Virus record (IMG/VR): IMGVR_UViG_3300000574_000007
Coordinates: 1 to 41,986 of that record
Reading direction: 5' to 3' (one strand)
Source: a virus
Taxonomy: Duplodnaviria > Caudoviricetes
Length of the DNA: 41,986 nt
The notes beneath the pieces are model-generated. The model did not search any database. It worked only from the letters and a program-made list of their open reading frames with translations, and was not told the origin of the DNA. Made by a program: the position numbers and the translations under genes. Shown in pieces: positions 8,101 to 16,958 of the stretch. Every line of letters starts with the position of its first letter. The first letter of the stretch is position 1.

Positions 8101-9622
8101 ACTCCTCGTGCGGGACTTGCGCTGTCTTTGCTTGTAGCGGTGTAGGCGGCATCTCAGCTTGCGTCTTGTATAGCTTTGGTTGTGTGCCGACAGGAGGTGT
8201 TACGGGGGGCACCCCTGCGTCTTCCGCTGCCAGTCTTGCTATGTACGCCTCTTCTTCTGCCGCAAGTGCTGCACGCGACGCTGCCCCTGCTGCCTCATCA
8301 GCAGCCTCACGTTCTACTTGACGCGCCGAAGCGTCTTTGATCATCGTGTAAAGCTTGTTCCCTTTGTCTTTTTTAATGGCTTCTGCAATCGCTTTTGGCC
8401 CAACATTCTTTAGCCCTTGCAACTCTTGTAATTCAGGATAGAGTGGTGCAAACTGATCGACAAACCCTTCGGCATCTCCAATAGCTCTCTTCTGTCCACC
8501 CATCTCTGTTTCAACCGACCCATACTGCCTGCCGTATGGCTGTCCTGATGCGCGGGTAGATCGGTTGGCGTCGGATTGAATAGCGGTTAGCCGAGTAGCT
8601 ACGGTTGGGTCAACAGCCTCTATAGGAGCCACTACTTTCGTTCTACCCTTCGGCTTCACCAACGGCACACCAAGCGTTTCTTCAAGGGCTGTGACGGGAG
8701 ATGGTGGCAGAGGAGTCTCTAGGGGAACCGTTTGTCTATCTCCCATCGTTGCTATAAGAGCACGTGCGTCTCTATCCTGCAAATCGCTAACTGGTGGAGC
8801 GTTCTCTCTAGAAAGCCTGTTCCACGGTGCAGCTTGTTTCGGTGCTTTACCCTTGCCCTTCCCCGTCTTTACTGGTGGAGTGTACAGGGGCACCATCTCG
8901 CGTGGAGGATTATCCCCAAACTCGCTTGCTAAGCGTTCACTTGTGGTCAAGGGCAGATCAGGGCCAACGCTGCCAGGGTATTTCTTTTGCATTGCAGCCG
9001 TTCGTGCTGCGGCTTCAGCCGCCTCCGATGGTCTGCCAACACCTACCGACTGAAGAGCTTTTGATAACAATCCTGGGCCAGTTCGAGCAAAGGCCATTGG
9101 GAGGGTTGTGGCAAGCTCAAGATAATTGCTCACCTCTCGTGACTTCTCAGGCGACACTCCGCCAAGCCGTTCTGCGCCAGTTTGGATGGCTGCTCCAATG
9201 GGAGCCAACCCTGCTTCAAGCGCTGCCACGTGAGGAATGAGGCGGACGAGGTTCAAACCCTTTTCGAGGATATTGCTACCTGGAATGCCTGCGCTAATAG
9301 GTGGCATCGGTGTGTCGCGTGTGGGTATCCTTGCGGCAGCACCGCCGACTCTTTTCAGGATATTGCCTATATTGCTACCCTGTTCCCTCCATCGCTCACC
9401 TGTCAACTCAGCGATGCGCCCAAGATAGGAGGGCCCGCGTTGAGTAAAGGAGGGTCGAGGCGTTCCAACTGATTGCTCGAACGGCACAAATCCTTCAGGC
9501 GGGGCTTCTGTGCCAGGGAGGTCAACAAATCCTTGAGGTGGAGGTTCAGCCCCAGGAGGATACTCTCGGAGATGAGCCTCAAGACCAGGATCGGCTAGAG
9601 CTTGTTGCCTATTGGTCGGCAT
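5123..9622 (-). CDS. Large internal virion/DNA ejection protein (P22 gp16/T7 gp16 position analogue)
   Basis: ~1499 aa, Ala/Pro-rich N-terminus, helical C-terminus; last of three ejection-type genes. Confidence 0.75.
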   Translation of the reverse strand: MPTNRQQALADPGLEAHLREYPPGAEPPPQGFVDLPGTEAPPEGFVPFEQSVGTPRPSFTQRGPSYLGRIAELTGERWREQGSNIGNILKRVGGAAARIPTRDTPMPPISAGIPGSNILEKGLNLVRLIPHVAALEAGLAPIGAAIQTGAERLGGVSPEKSREVSNYLELATTLPMAFARTGPGLLSKALQSVGVGRPSEAAEAAARTAAMQKKYPGSVGPDLPLTTSERLASEFGDNPPREMVPLYTPPVKTGKGKGKAPKQAAPWNRLSRENAPPVSDLQDRDARALIATMGDRQTVPLETPLPPSPVTALEETLGVPLVKPKGRTKVVAPIEAVDPTVATRLTAIQSDANRSTRASGQPYGRQYGSVETEMGGQKRAIGDAEGFVDQFAPLYPELQELQGLKNVGPKAIAEAIKKDKGNKLYTMIKDASARQVEREAADEAAGAASRAALAAEEEAYIARLAAEDAGVPPVTPPVGTQPKLYKTQAEMPPTPLQAKTAQVPHEELLGGFRKPEPPSPELPLGGRVSESQPTMQTVRPGSIQEPTAASTTELGMGLPVPRKAKQASAATRSLDEIMREIETRKAAKRPIHAALRREFEKAMDVEMEARSSQSPYGKSGSFPVLMNKVYQSYANIKTGQPLTPDMQEALQVYMGTPNPTLSDITKAIEGTVQATSDAIGKDTTRGLHKLYQGGTELTAEEVTAIEKLAGEPIRARATQPLPRVTGTPNQPPKLSLPTASEEGIVELGMGLPIPKSVKDWTRRFLTGEEKPGAKAHGWLTDWTIFNRALGVDPATKKPIGDLVNNSILTTMQIEGKKNNAVGKTLLLSNRGKEAVLNEAENVNLMRVMEGKERPMNARVAEAADVLIPELAQDSAIYTKEGAQILRDAVYDTKTGATIRENQWVPYQGLKNYYPHYPDPTLIVKYSADEGAKLILRDYPKMPRATAQDIATAILAEAKGESIPQSVGQGARELLQLGQPQATHLHARSPNFTYPEEFRMRPNKAIPRYNEASATELGYLLNLGPRDAKIEQALGRARASGRSDVGVAQSAWNHLRNRAVIDPLGTTTKKVVQLGKNLTTATLLGINTAVKQTSQAGMHFFGDTRMRHSLATLGKAFTRVGKDEARGMGALIDDLRSQLELQNPIHWGILPKDTLLDKAVKHTGRLATGVVTKTGSIPMDTLWRTWSALASKRDFLAYQREAANGSSKAVAMLKRFDLTPTSPLADIERAAQKLSHRTNLRADTMTIPGVFYRDTAASLFSSLQKFNLSMVSKLRKEFVAPMAKALYAKDRAEAMYQAKRTAKFLAGMGITGEVVADTLTTIQGRSDDRPGGSLVEFIQGALNGDVSPSTAVRRFGENLVTAGTFGALQVIQGALYAQGGAREKQGRIAGAFGGAVVGSAAEAGGHVADLLTASREPNENTGISPHDRAKSNALRALLSRIPGTRPFSGMVAPKVGELLGLPKMKTPRAKVRTEAAIERATKRRDPEAVNEWAQWYRQQQ

Positions 9623-10985
9623 ACGGCACCCAACCACGTCCATCAGCGCGGTTGATAATTTTCTCCCCTGTCTTCGGGTGTATCATGATGCGGCCTACTG
9701 GCGCTGGTTGAGACGGGGCCGCTGTAGCTCCCCCCTGTCCACCCCCAAACGCCTGCTGATAGGCTTGCCTACGGAAGCTAACGTCAGCCTCTTTCAGTGC
9801 TTTGTTCATATGTTCCTTAGCACGTTCCTGCCGCGATAGCGCGGGCTTGCTGCCTAACCCAAGGATTGATACCAAGGGGATAGCTGGCGATAATAAACCC
9901 TTAACCGCAGGCTGGTCTGCATACGCCTCTCCGCTGGCATACTCTCGCGCTAATGCAGCAATGGCCCGCCCCGTATCGGTTAGTTTCTCGCCTCCTACGT
10001 TCTCTGTGGCAGTCTTTGCAACACCTCTACTGGTGACTTCTCCAGTTTGCTTGCTGACTATATCTTCAGAAGGATTACGGGTGAAGAAGCCCTGATTGGC
10101 TGTCTCTTCTGGCTTTATGTCGATCTTCTCTTGTTTGGTTCTTGGAGTTACTAGACCTAACCGACGAGTACCCTCCCTACCTTCTTGATACTCAACCTCA
10201 TACCATTCTTTCGTGTGTGGGTCTTGTTCATATGTTGTCTGATACTTCGATGGAGACTCAGTTGGGGTCTTAAACTTCCACCCAAGCCCTTCTTTTCCAT
10301 GCGTGGCTTCTCGATCTGTCATTAACCCAAATCGAGGATCAGCCATCGTCTCAAATGCCCGTCGTGTATTGGCATCTGCTTCTGTTGGGAGCTGCCCGAT
10401 GTTGCGGAACGCTCCCAGGGTTGGCTCAATCGCCTCCTTCGGAAGCAAACCGCTCAATTGCGCAACCTGCTCTGGTGTGATTTGAGGAACCTGCGCAGGT
10501 ATCTCACGGCCAGAGATGTTCATCCCGACACGTCCGGCTTCCGGTGTTTGTGGCGTCTCATCTACACTCAATCTAGCAGGAGTCCCGCGTAATGGCTTAA
10601 GCACCCCTTCGAGTTGCTTCTGCCGTGCCTGCTCAGCCCTCGCTGCCATCCTCGATTGAAAGAGAAGCTGGTTATACGGATCGGCACGGTTTTGATTCCG
10701 CATCGCCAAGCCTGCCATATTCGCGCCAAGTCTGCCACCCCAGGATTTAGGGGAAATGGCGTGCGCAGCTAACCCGGCAAGTTGGGCGAATTGATTCACG
10801 CCAGAAGTGCCAGGGGCCTGCTCATACCCAGACATCTGCTCAAGATCATCCAACTGATCTTCTGGAACGCCTGGCACGACTGACCCCGATCCAAACAGGT
10901 TCACCCCACGCCTTCTTCTCGGTCCTTGATAGAACAGGGGATAGCCTGGCGCGGCCTGTTGGGTATATTCATAATCATACGGCAT
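9609..10985 (-). CDS. Internal virion/ejection protein (P22 gp20 position analogue)
   Basis: Q/G/A-rich 458 aa; GGAGG RBS before ATG 10985; synteny. Confidence 0.7.
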   Translation of the reverse strand: MPYDYEYTQQAAPGYPLFYQGPRRRRGVNLFGSGSVVPGVPEDQLDDLEQMSGYEQAPGTSGVNQFAQLAGLAAHAISPKSWGGRLGANMAGLAMRNQNRADPYNQLLFQSRMAARAEQARQKQLEGVLKPLRGTPARLSVDETPQTPEAGRVGMNISGREIPAQVPQITPEQVAQLSGLLPKEAIEPTLGAFRNIGQLPTEADANTRRAFETMADPRFGLMTDREATHGKEGLGWKFKTPTESPSKYQTTYEQDPHTKEWYEVEYQEGREGTRRLGLVTPRTKQEKIDIKPEETANQGFFTRNPSEDIVSKQTGEVTSRGVAKTATENVGGEKLTDTGRAIAALAREYASGEAYADQPAVKGLLSPAIPLVSILGLGSKPALSRQERAKEHMNKALKEADVSFRRQAYQQAFGGGQGGATAAPSQPAPVGRIMIHPKTGEKIINRADGRGWVPYADQ

Positions 10986-11017
10986 CGTGTCCTCCTTGCT
11001 ATCTCGCAAGCATTCTC

Positions 11018-11878
11018 TTACATTAAACCCCCTATAAGCCCTACCGCTCCACCTATAGCCGCACCCATTGGGCCGCCGACCGCGGGTATCTTAGCGCCAG
11101 CCATCGCGCCCATTGCCGCACCACCCAAGGCCCCGGATATAGCTCTAGAAGCCCCCGAACTCCCAGCGGAATCCGTGGTAGTTTTCGTAGCGCCCTGCAT
11201 TGCCGCAATCGCCACACGCTCATAGTCTAGGACGGTAAAGGGCCATAAGCGATTCTTCGCCAACATTTCAGTGTTGTGGCTATCCACGTCCATCTTGGCG
11301 GAGAAATAGAGCTTCATGATCTCACTATAGACAGCCACAACGCTCTTGTTCCATTCCAGATGTGCCTGCCAGCGTTGCGCCGCAATGGGCAAGAGGGCAT
11401 ATTGAAGCCCTGCGCTATACTTCGCCACCGCTTTTAGCCGTGTCTCTTCGAGCAGCGCCTTGCCGATGACGAAGGTGCTGCTCATCACGGCGTTGATGTC
11501 ACGCATCCCCACTTCGTATCGCGGAATGGTGTCGGATTCAAGCTCGTCGGAGAGGAACGCGGCCTCCGCACTAACCAGATTATGTGTGACCGGACCTTCC
11601 ATGAGATCGCCATAGATCTGCGTGTACAGATCCTCGACATCCAACCCTGCCATAAACTTGCCGTACATATCGTACAGGCTGGGGAAGCTGGCGAGGGTGT
11701 AACCAACCCCGAAGAATCCATCGTCTGAAGCAATCGTCGCGACACCAGAGTAGGGGGAATTGTCGATAGCTGCTGTGCGCCGAACTACGATTTCGTTGAG
11801 GAAGTCTTTATGCTTATCCTCAATGTATCCGGCATAACGAACTGTAGTTTTTACGTCACCGCTGCCGCCACCACTCAT
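11018..11878 (-). CDS. DNA pilot/ejection protein (P22 gp7-like)
   Basis: MSGGGSG N-terminus; C-terminal Gly-zipper GAAMGA...GAAIGGAVGLIGG. Confidence 0.75.
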   Translation of the reverse strand: MSGGGSGDVKTTVRYAGYIEDKHKDFLNEIVVRRTAAIDNSPYSGVATIASDDGFFGVGYTLASFPSLYDMYGKFMAGLDVEDLYTQIYGDLMEGPVTHNLVSAEAAFLSDELESDTIPRYEVGMRDINAVMSSTFVIGKALLEETRLKAVAKYSAGLQYALLPIAAQRWQAHLEWNKSVVAVYSEIMKLYFSAKMDVDSHNTEMLAKNRLWPFTVLDYERVAIAAMQGATKTTTDSAGSSGASRAISGALGGAAMGAMAGAKIPAVGGPMGAAIGGAVGLIGGLM

Positions 11879-12318
11879 GACCCTCCCTCCACCCGCAGCG
11901 CGTACTTTTGACGCTGAGGAACGAACCCATGCTGCTCCAGAATCTCCCTCGCCCTCGGCACCCGCGAATCCGCCGTGAGTTTCGCGCATCCTGCCTGTTT
12001 TGCAAATTGTGTGTAGAGGGAGATAAGCTCCGTCATGCTCGTCACTGTCGTTCCCTGAAACGCATAAAACCCTTCGATATACAGCTCTCGTTCCCCTTGT
12101 CGCGGATCGTCGATAATCCTCGTGATCGAGACGTTGAGGAGGACTCTATCGGGGTTCAACAACACCCAGCACTGGTAGCGTCCGGATAACAGTTGATGAA
12201 GAAGGTGGACGTAATACGTTCCCATACACTCGTTGGGAATCTCTCCAATCTGGGAAATGCCAAACTTGATATGCTCCCACACTAACGGAATCTGCGTCGG
12301 CAAAACTTTAATGTGCAT
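11875..12318 (-). CDS. GNAT-fold-like virion assembly protein (P22 gp14/T7 gp13 position)
   Basis: FAKQAGC...LEQHGF pattern; lies between nozzle and pilot genes. Confidence 0.6.
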   Translation of the reverse strand: MHIKVLPTQIPLVWEHIKFGISQIGEIPNECMGTYYVHLLHQLLSGRYQCWVLLNPDRVLLNVSITRIIDDPRQGERELYIEGFYAFQGTTVTSMTELISLYTQFAKQAGCAKLTADSRVPRAREILEQHGFVPQRQKYALRVEGGS

Positions 12319-13537
12319 GGACCACTCCATTGACTTTTAAGGAATCAAGATGAAATACTCCTGCGGTTGTGGCCTTAATAAGAAACCGAAACTCAGTCCC
12401 CATGCAGGCGATAAATACCTGTCCTCGGCGGTCTATGGTGCGCCATGAGGTTGTGAGAAAAGCCGATGATTTATAGTGTCGGTAGTCGATGGCCGCCTGA
12501 AGGACGAGGGAGGTATCAACCCCAACCTCAAGGCTTTGGATGCTCTTCATCTTGCGTGTCCCAAAATCATAAATATCGGTCGTATTCGCAAAGTTCGGGA
12601 TCGTCATAGTCCCTGATGCCACCACATACACAGTTCCGCTTTGTATCCCTATCCCTGTGACGGTGGCTGGTCCCTTCCCGAAGCTCCCCGTATCGACGTT
12701 GTAGAGATACCCGGTTGTGCCGTCCCCGATGTATAGCAGGCGCGTCTCAGGGTTGAACGCCATCGCCACGGTCCCAAGACCAGCCAACCATTCTCGATAA
12801 TCCAACAGTTCTGGGCCTGCACCTTTAATAGCGTAGAGCCGCCCCTTACTATCGACATAGTAATGCGCGTCCACAGTGTCAATGACGGCTGTTTTATTCT
12901 TTAGGCCCACGTTCGACAGTACGGTGTAGCCGAATGCGACATCCCTAGGGATCAGCGTCGCCACGCCGTTCTTCGCGTAGACGATGATATTGGGGCCACG
13001 CCGAAGGATTGCATAGATCGCCCCCTTGAACGGGAGCGGCATCTTCCCGGCAACATTGCTTCTATCTTGCGTGAAGTTCAGCGCACCGATCTTCGACCAT
13101 CGGAGCCAGTTACTTCCAGCGGTCTCCCCAAGTGCGGGTGATTGCAGGATAATGCCACCAAAGCGCAACTCTGCGTTGGCAGACAGCAGCGTGGATGTTG
13201 CGGGGATGACGACGCCGGAGACATACGTACCGAGCAGAAGGGCGTTTGCCGCCATGACAGTGTTTGTCGTAAAGTCATGCAGCAACCCCCCAGAAATCAG
13301 TTGTGCGTCTGCGTCCAGAACAACAAACTCGTCACCGAGGAGCCATTGGTCTAGCTCCGGTCTCCGGGGTCCGGCTGGAAAGAGGCTCAGCACTGCGACC
13401 AGTGCCGGACTAGCAGACATCGGATCGGCAAGGATCGTAATGTCGTACCACGCCGCAATCTTTGGCTGTGGCAGGACAAGAGGGCGCGGCACCGGAATAT
13501 CCGGCCTGTAATCTCTCGATCTAAAAGGAGGAAACAT
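12308..13537 (-). CDS. Tail nozzle (P22 gp10/T7 gp12-like), C-terminal portion with an extra N-terminal extension
   Basis: NWLRWSKIG, propeller-like repeats, YDFG..KMK..., GTEFRF; immediately upstream of GNAT/pilot genes. Confidence 0.6.
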   Translation of the reverse strand: MFPPFRSRDYRPDIPVPRPLVLPQPKIAAWYDITILADPMSASPALVAVLSLFPAGPRRPELDQWLLGDEFVVLDADAQLISGGLLHDFTTNTVMAANALLLGTYVSGVVIPATSTLLSANAELRFGGIILQSPALGETAGSNWLRWSKIGALNFTQDRSNVAGKMPLPFKGAIYAILRRGPNIIVYAKNGVATLIPRDVAFGYTVLSNVGLKNKTAVIDTVDAHYYVDSKGRLYAIKGAGPELLDYREWLAGLGTVAMAFNPETRLLYIGDGTTGYLYNVDTGSFGKGPATVTGIGIQSGTVYVVASGTMTIPNFANTTDIYDFGTRKMKSIQSLEVGVDTSLVLQAAIDYRHYKSSAFLTTSWRTIDRRGQVFIACMGTEFRFLIKATTAGVFHLDSLKVNGVVHAH

Positions 13538-13556
13538 GAGCTATGCGCTCCTGTTC

Positions 13557-14015
13557 TTACTGATACTCAGCAAACACCATGTAGGCGCGCCACGTTGCCG
13601 ATGCAGGCGCAACTGGAAACTTCATCGCAATGATCCCGCCCTGCGGAACCACAATGCGGTCTTCCCCAGACTTCCACTGCCACCCGTTTAGAATGTTCCA
13701 GCCGTCATCGAGCAACACTTCGCCATCAGTGCCCTCTGCGGTGGCAGTGTACCCGGTTGCGGCCGCGCCGCCCACTGCTAAGGCGATCGGATCACTGGGA
13801 TTGTACCGCCGTGGCGTGAATGACGTGACGGTGGCAGCAGCGGTCTTCCGAAGGATTTGCACCTGTTCCATCGTCGAGGTCTCGCTGAGCCCCTGTGAAA
13901 TGCCAGCGCGAATCAGTTCAAGGGCAGCAGCCCCTGCCTTGACCTGGAGGATGGTAATGGCGGTCGAGATAACAACTCCAGCATCTCCGTTCTTAACAAC
14001 GTAGATATAAGGCAT
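13557..14015 (-). CDS. Putative virion structural beta-sandwich protein
   Basis: Ala/Thr-rich 152 aa in tail module; GAGGAGGG RBS. Confidence 0.6.
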   Translation of the reverse strand: MPYIYVVKNGDAGVVISTAITILQVKAGAAALELIRAGISQGLSETSTMEQVQILRKTAAATVTSFTPRRYNPSDPIALAVGGAAATGYTATAEGTDGEVLLDDGWNILNGWQWKSGEDRIVVPQGGIIAMKFPVAPASATWRAYMVFAEYQ

Positions 14016-14027
14016 ATTCCCTCCTCT

Positions 14028-14459
14028 TTAGATGCGAACTTCAGGGGCGACCACCGTGAAAATGCCGCCATCAAATTGTGTCTTTTCTCCTCCGTTATCG
14101 ATGTAGCCAACAATCGGATCAACTACAGGGGCCGCCACGGTATCGTCGATAATGATAAAGCCTGGACACGGCCCTAGCGTCCCACCAGCCGCTGTCCATG
14201 AGGAATTTCCCCATACCGCCCGGCCACGATCCAGCGTGTCATCCTGGGTGACGGAGATGCCTGAGAGCGTATTGCCGCCAGTGACATACCCATTTCCGTT
14301 AGCCAACTCTGAGGCCGATACATCAGCCCAAACCTTATGGGTATCTTTATTGAATACAAACCCAGAGGCCATCGCGCGAATCTTGAATACATCCGTCGCA
14401 AAATCCATGACCTTTAACAAGATCAGGTATCTAAACTTATTACTGAGTTCTGTTGCCAT
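14028..14459 (-). CDS. Putative minor tail protein
   Basis: DFATDVFKI...ELANGNGYVTGG..L motif common in phage tail proteins. Confidence 0.65.
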   Translation of the reverse strand: MATELSNKFRYLILLKVMDFATDVFKIRAMASGFVFNKDTHKVWADVSASELANGNGYVTGGNTLSGISVTQDDTLDRGRAVWGNSSWTAAGGTLGPCPGFIIIDDTVAAPVVDPIVGYIDNGGEKTQFDGGIFTVVAPEVRI

Positions 14460-14471
14460 ACAGTCTCCTTT

Positions 14472-15827
14472 CTACGCTGGCATCGGCCAGACAGGTGATG
14501 TGCCGCAACGATGTGCTGTGCTAATTGTTCCATGTAGACCTTGAGGAACGACAAGCATTGCTTCTTGTGCATAGCCTCCATATAAGGAAACTAGTGGGGT
14601 TACGGGTTGCAAGGTATGAGCGTCCAAGACCCGCACGTGATCGTTGGAGCCTACAAGTAGAAAATTATCATCAATAAGGGTGATAAGTTGATAGGGCTGG
14701 CCGGTTCCATTTGGGTAAGTTTGTTCTTGTAGAAGGGCTAGGGTGATCTGATCGTATCGGCGCAAACCCCACGGCGAGAAGTAGTTCCCAATCAAGTGTA
14801 TTATAGTATCCTTGTGAAAAATGACCTGACCTCCAGTAAAACCAACGGCAGCAGGAGAGTCGGCAATGCTCGCAAGAGTGTACGGATCATATCGTGTAAC
14901 GACGTTTCCCCCTGTGCCATTATAATCAGGACGGTAGACCCCATTCGCGTTCACAATGATTGAGGCGCTTCCACCCCCGTAGTGGACGGCTTGTTTAGCA
15001 AATGTAGTGGGGTGTAGCCGACGTATACTACCGCCAGGGCTGCTTTGATTCGTCATACACACATACACCGACCCGTTAGCATACACCATATTACCGTTAT
15101 CACTTATGGGTATGGCAGTCTCGCTATCCCACGCCGCGATCGGAGAATCGCACACGTCATCTGGGATAACTGACCAGACTGTACCCCAAAACCCTCCCGT
15201 AATTGGGCGTTCTGCAAGATTCCACGGAGGGGAATCAGAAGATGCATATTTATAGGTGTAACGATGCCCGTCCGTCCCGTCAATAACGGTACCATGATAA
15301 AAACGCCCCTGGCGAGCCAACTCAAGCGATAATTTTATAACCTGTCCTGACTTCGCATGAGCCAGATGGGAGCCTAATTCGGGAAACCAATAGACCGCAT
15401 CTCGATTCGAGATCGTTTCCATGTCATATGCGTTAAAGGGCGCGTAATGCCCAATCGTATCAAATGGCGGTACGCCCCTGACGCGCCGAATCTGTGCGGT
15501 AGGTCCATCTCCAACCAACGTGAGGATACTATCCCCTTGATACTCACATAGGCCATACCCTGCTTCACCACCCCCAAGCAGTGTAAGCGTCGTGCCATCA
15601 AAGGTGTAGGCGCTTAAAGTAGGATAGGGACCCCCTCCATATACAAGGTCGTAAATTTTGACATCGGTTACTGTAGACGTTCCCTTCGGCCAATACCCGC
15701 ACGGTTCATGGTCAATATCGCTGGCACGGTTAGCTGTCCATCGTGGGTTATTGACATAGCCGCACTTTTCAGGTTGTGGCACGAAGTCCCAAGGGCCTGC
15801 ACCTTTATTGTCCGTGATCCAGGTCAC
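14472..15827 (-). CDS. Putative receptor-binding tail protein (beta-propeller with CBM-like insert)
   Basis: GTG 15827 coupled to upstream stop; YDP.TL-type blade repeats; GTDG..Y...RPITG..W..VW segment. Confidence 0.55.
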   Translation of the reverse strand: MTWITDNKGAGPWDFVPQPEKCGYVNNPRWTANRASDIDHEPCGYWPKGTSTVTDVKIYDLVYGGGPYPTLSAYTFDGTTLTLLGGGEAGYGLCEYQGDSILTLVGDGPTAQIRRVRGVPPFDTIGHYAPFNAYDMETISNRDAVYWFPELGSHLAHAKSGQVIKLSLELARQGRFYHGTVIDGTDGHRYTYKYASSDSPPWNLAERPITGGFWGTVWSVIPDDVCDSPIAAWDSETAIPISDNGNMVYANGSVYVCMTNQSSPGGSIRRLHPTTFAKQAVHYGGGSASIIVNANGVYRPDYNGTGGNVVTRYDPYTLASIADSPAAVGFTGGQVIFHKDTIIHLIGNYFSPWGLRRYDQITLALLQEQTYPNGTGQPYQLITLIDDNFLLVGSNDHVRVLDAHTLQPVTPLVSLYGGYAQEAMLVVPQGLHGTISTAHRCGTSPVWPMPA

Positions 15828-16318
15828 GCCAAGCTCCCAGCCGTCAACCCCCCCACAATGATCTGCCCGCCGAAGCTGCACAAGGCTTCCCCTATTGGTA
15901 AGTCGGCCCGAAGAGCATAGACCTTATCACCAGGGCGACGTTCAACCGTAACAACGCCATTGGTTAACAGAAGTTGATCGTAGAATTCGACCAGGCTCCA
16001 AGGATTGCCCGCCGACACGGTGAGTTTCTCAACCAGGGCGCTATTGACCCATTCGTAGATCTTTGTTCTCCCGCAGATCACGATCAGGTTTGGAAGGAGG
16101 AACAATTGTGGGTAGGGATGCCCATCTGTAATGGCCGTAGTAGCAAGCGCAGTAATCGCAGTGATCCCTTGCAAGCTGCCATGATAGCCAATGGCACCGT
16201 CGCACTGAATAAGGAATCCTGAGTTACGAGGTTGCTCAGCCACCGGGCGAAGCCCACGCTGTAACTCCTCACTTGAAATGCTAAAAGAGAACGATCCATC
16301 CCTTTTAACGTCTATCAC
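15824..16318 (-). CDS. Tail nozzle-like protein, N-terminal portion
   Basis: GLRP...RN...GSL start, propeller blades, ends at P...ALCSFGGQIIVGG. Confidence 0.5.
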   Translation of the reverse strand: MIDVKRDGSFSFSISSEELQRGLRPVAEQPRNSGFLIQCDGAIGYHGSLQGITAITALATTAITDGHPYPQLFLLPNLIVICGRTKIYEWVNSALVEKLTVSAGNPWSLVEFYDQLLLTNGVVTVERRPGDKVYALRADLPIGEALCSFGGQIIVGGLTAGSLA

Positions 16319-16734
16319 TACAACTCCCCGTAAGGTTTCAAGGGATCACGTTCCACGCCAAGCTGTGGAAGGTGTCGGTCTGGACGCTTCACTGTGGTCA
16401 TGTCGAGTCCGGCTTGCACCTTGATTCGCTCATGAATAATCGGTACTGCATCCCGTAAGATGTCCTTGTAATCCGCCGTAGGACGCGATCCGTCCAACTG
16501 CTCAATCACTGATTGCACGATAGGCTTGTACGCGGCAAAGGTTGGATTCGCCTTGTAGAAGTCACGGTTCATATCCAGCAAGGCGGCATGATGAGTCATG
16601 AGATTGCCGATAAGCTCGGGAAGACCTAAGTATACTTTCTCCGTCCATATCGGGAGAAGGTTCTCAAATCGTTTCGTCAGTTCTGCGATAATCTCTTGAA
16701 CGATTTCTGCGCGTTCTTCCGGTGTCAGGCTCAC
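16318..16734 (-). CDS. Hypothetical helical protein in tail module
   Basis: 138 aa; coupled to both neighbours. Confidence 0.7.
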   Translation of the reverse strand: MSLTPEERAEIVQEIIAELTKRFENLLPIWTEKVYLGLPELIGNLMTHHAALLDMNRDFYKANPTFAAYKPIVQSVIEQLDGSRPTADYKDILRDAVPIIHERIKVQAGLDMTTVKRPDRHLPQLGVERDPLKPYGEL

Positions 16735-16952
16735 TTCGCGTCCTTCTTCGGTGACTCAGACTTTGGCGTCAACGCCACGATCTGCTGCTGCGCCGCCTCC
16801 AGCGCCTTGCCACACTGCAACGCTTGAATCTCCTTCAACCCGATCAGCTTCAACAAGTCCTCATTCGTGAGCTGTGGGGCCTGCTGTGCCCATGCCATCA
16901 TCGGAGTAAACACGCTTACCGCGATCATTCCTGCAAGTATTCGTCTCATCAT
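16731..16952 (-). CDS. Small coiled-coil protein with signal peptide (fibre-chaperone position)
   Basis: MMRRILAGMIAVSVFTPMMAWA then coil; AAGGAG RBS. Confidence 0.7.
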   Translation of the reverse strand: MMRRILAGMIAVSVFTPMMAWAQQAPQLTNEDLLKLIGLKEIQALQCGKALEAAQQQIVALTPKSESPKKDAK

Positions 16953-16958
16953 CTCTCC

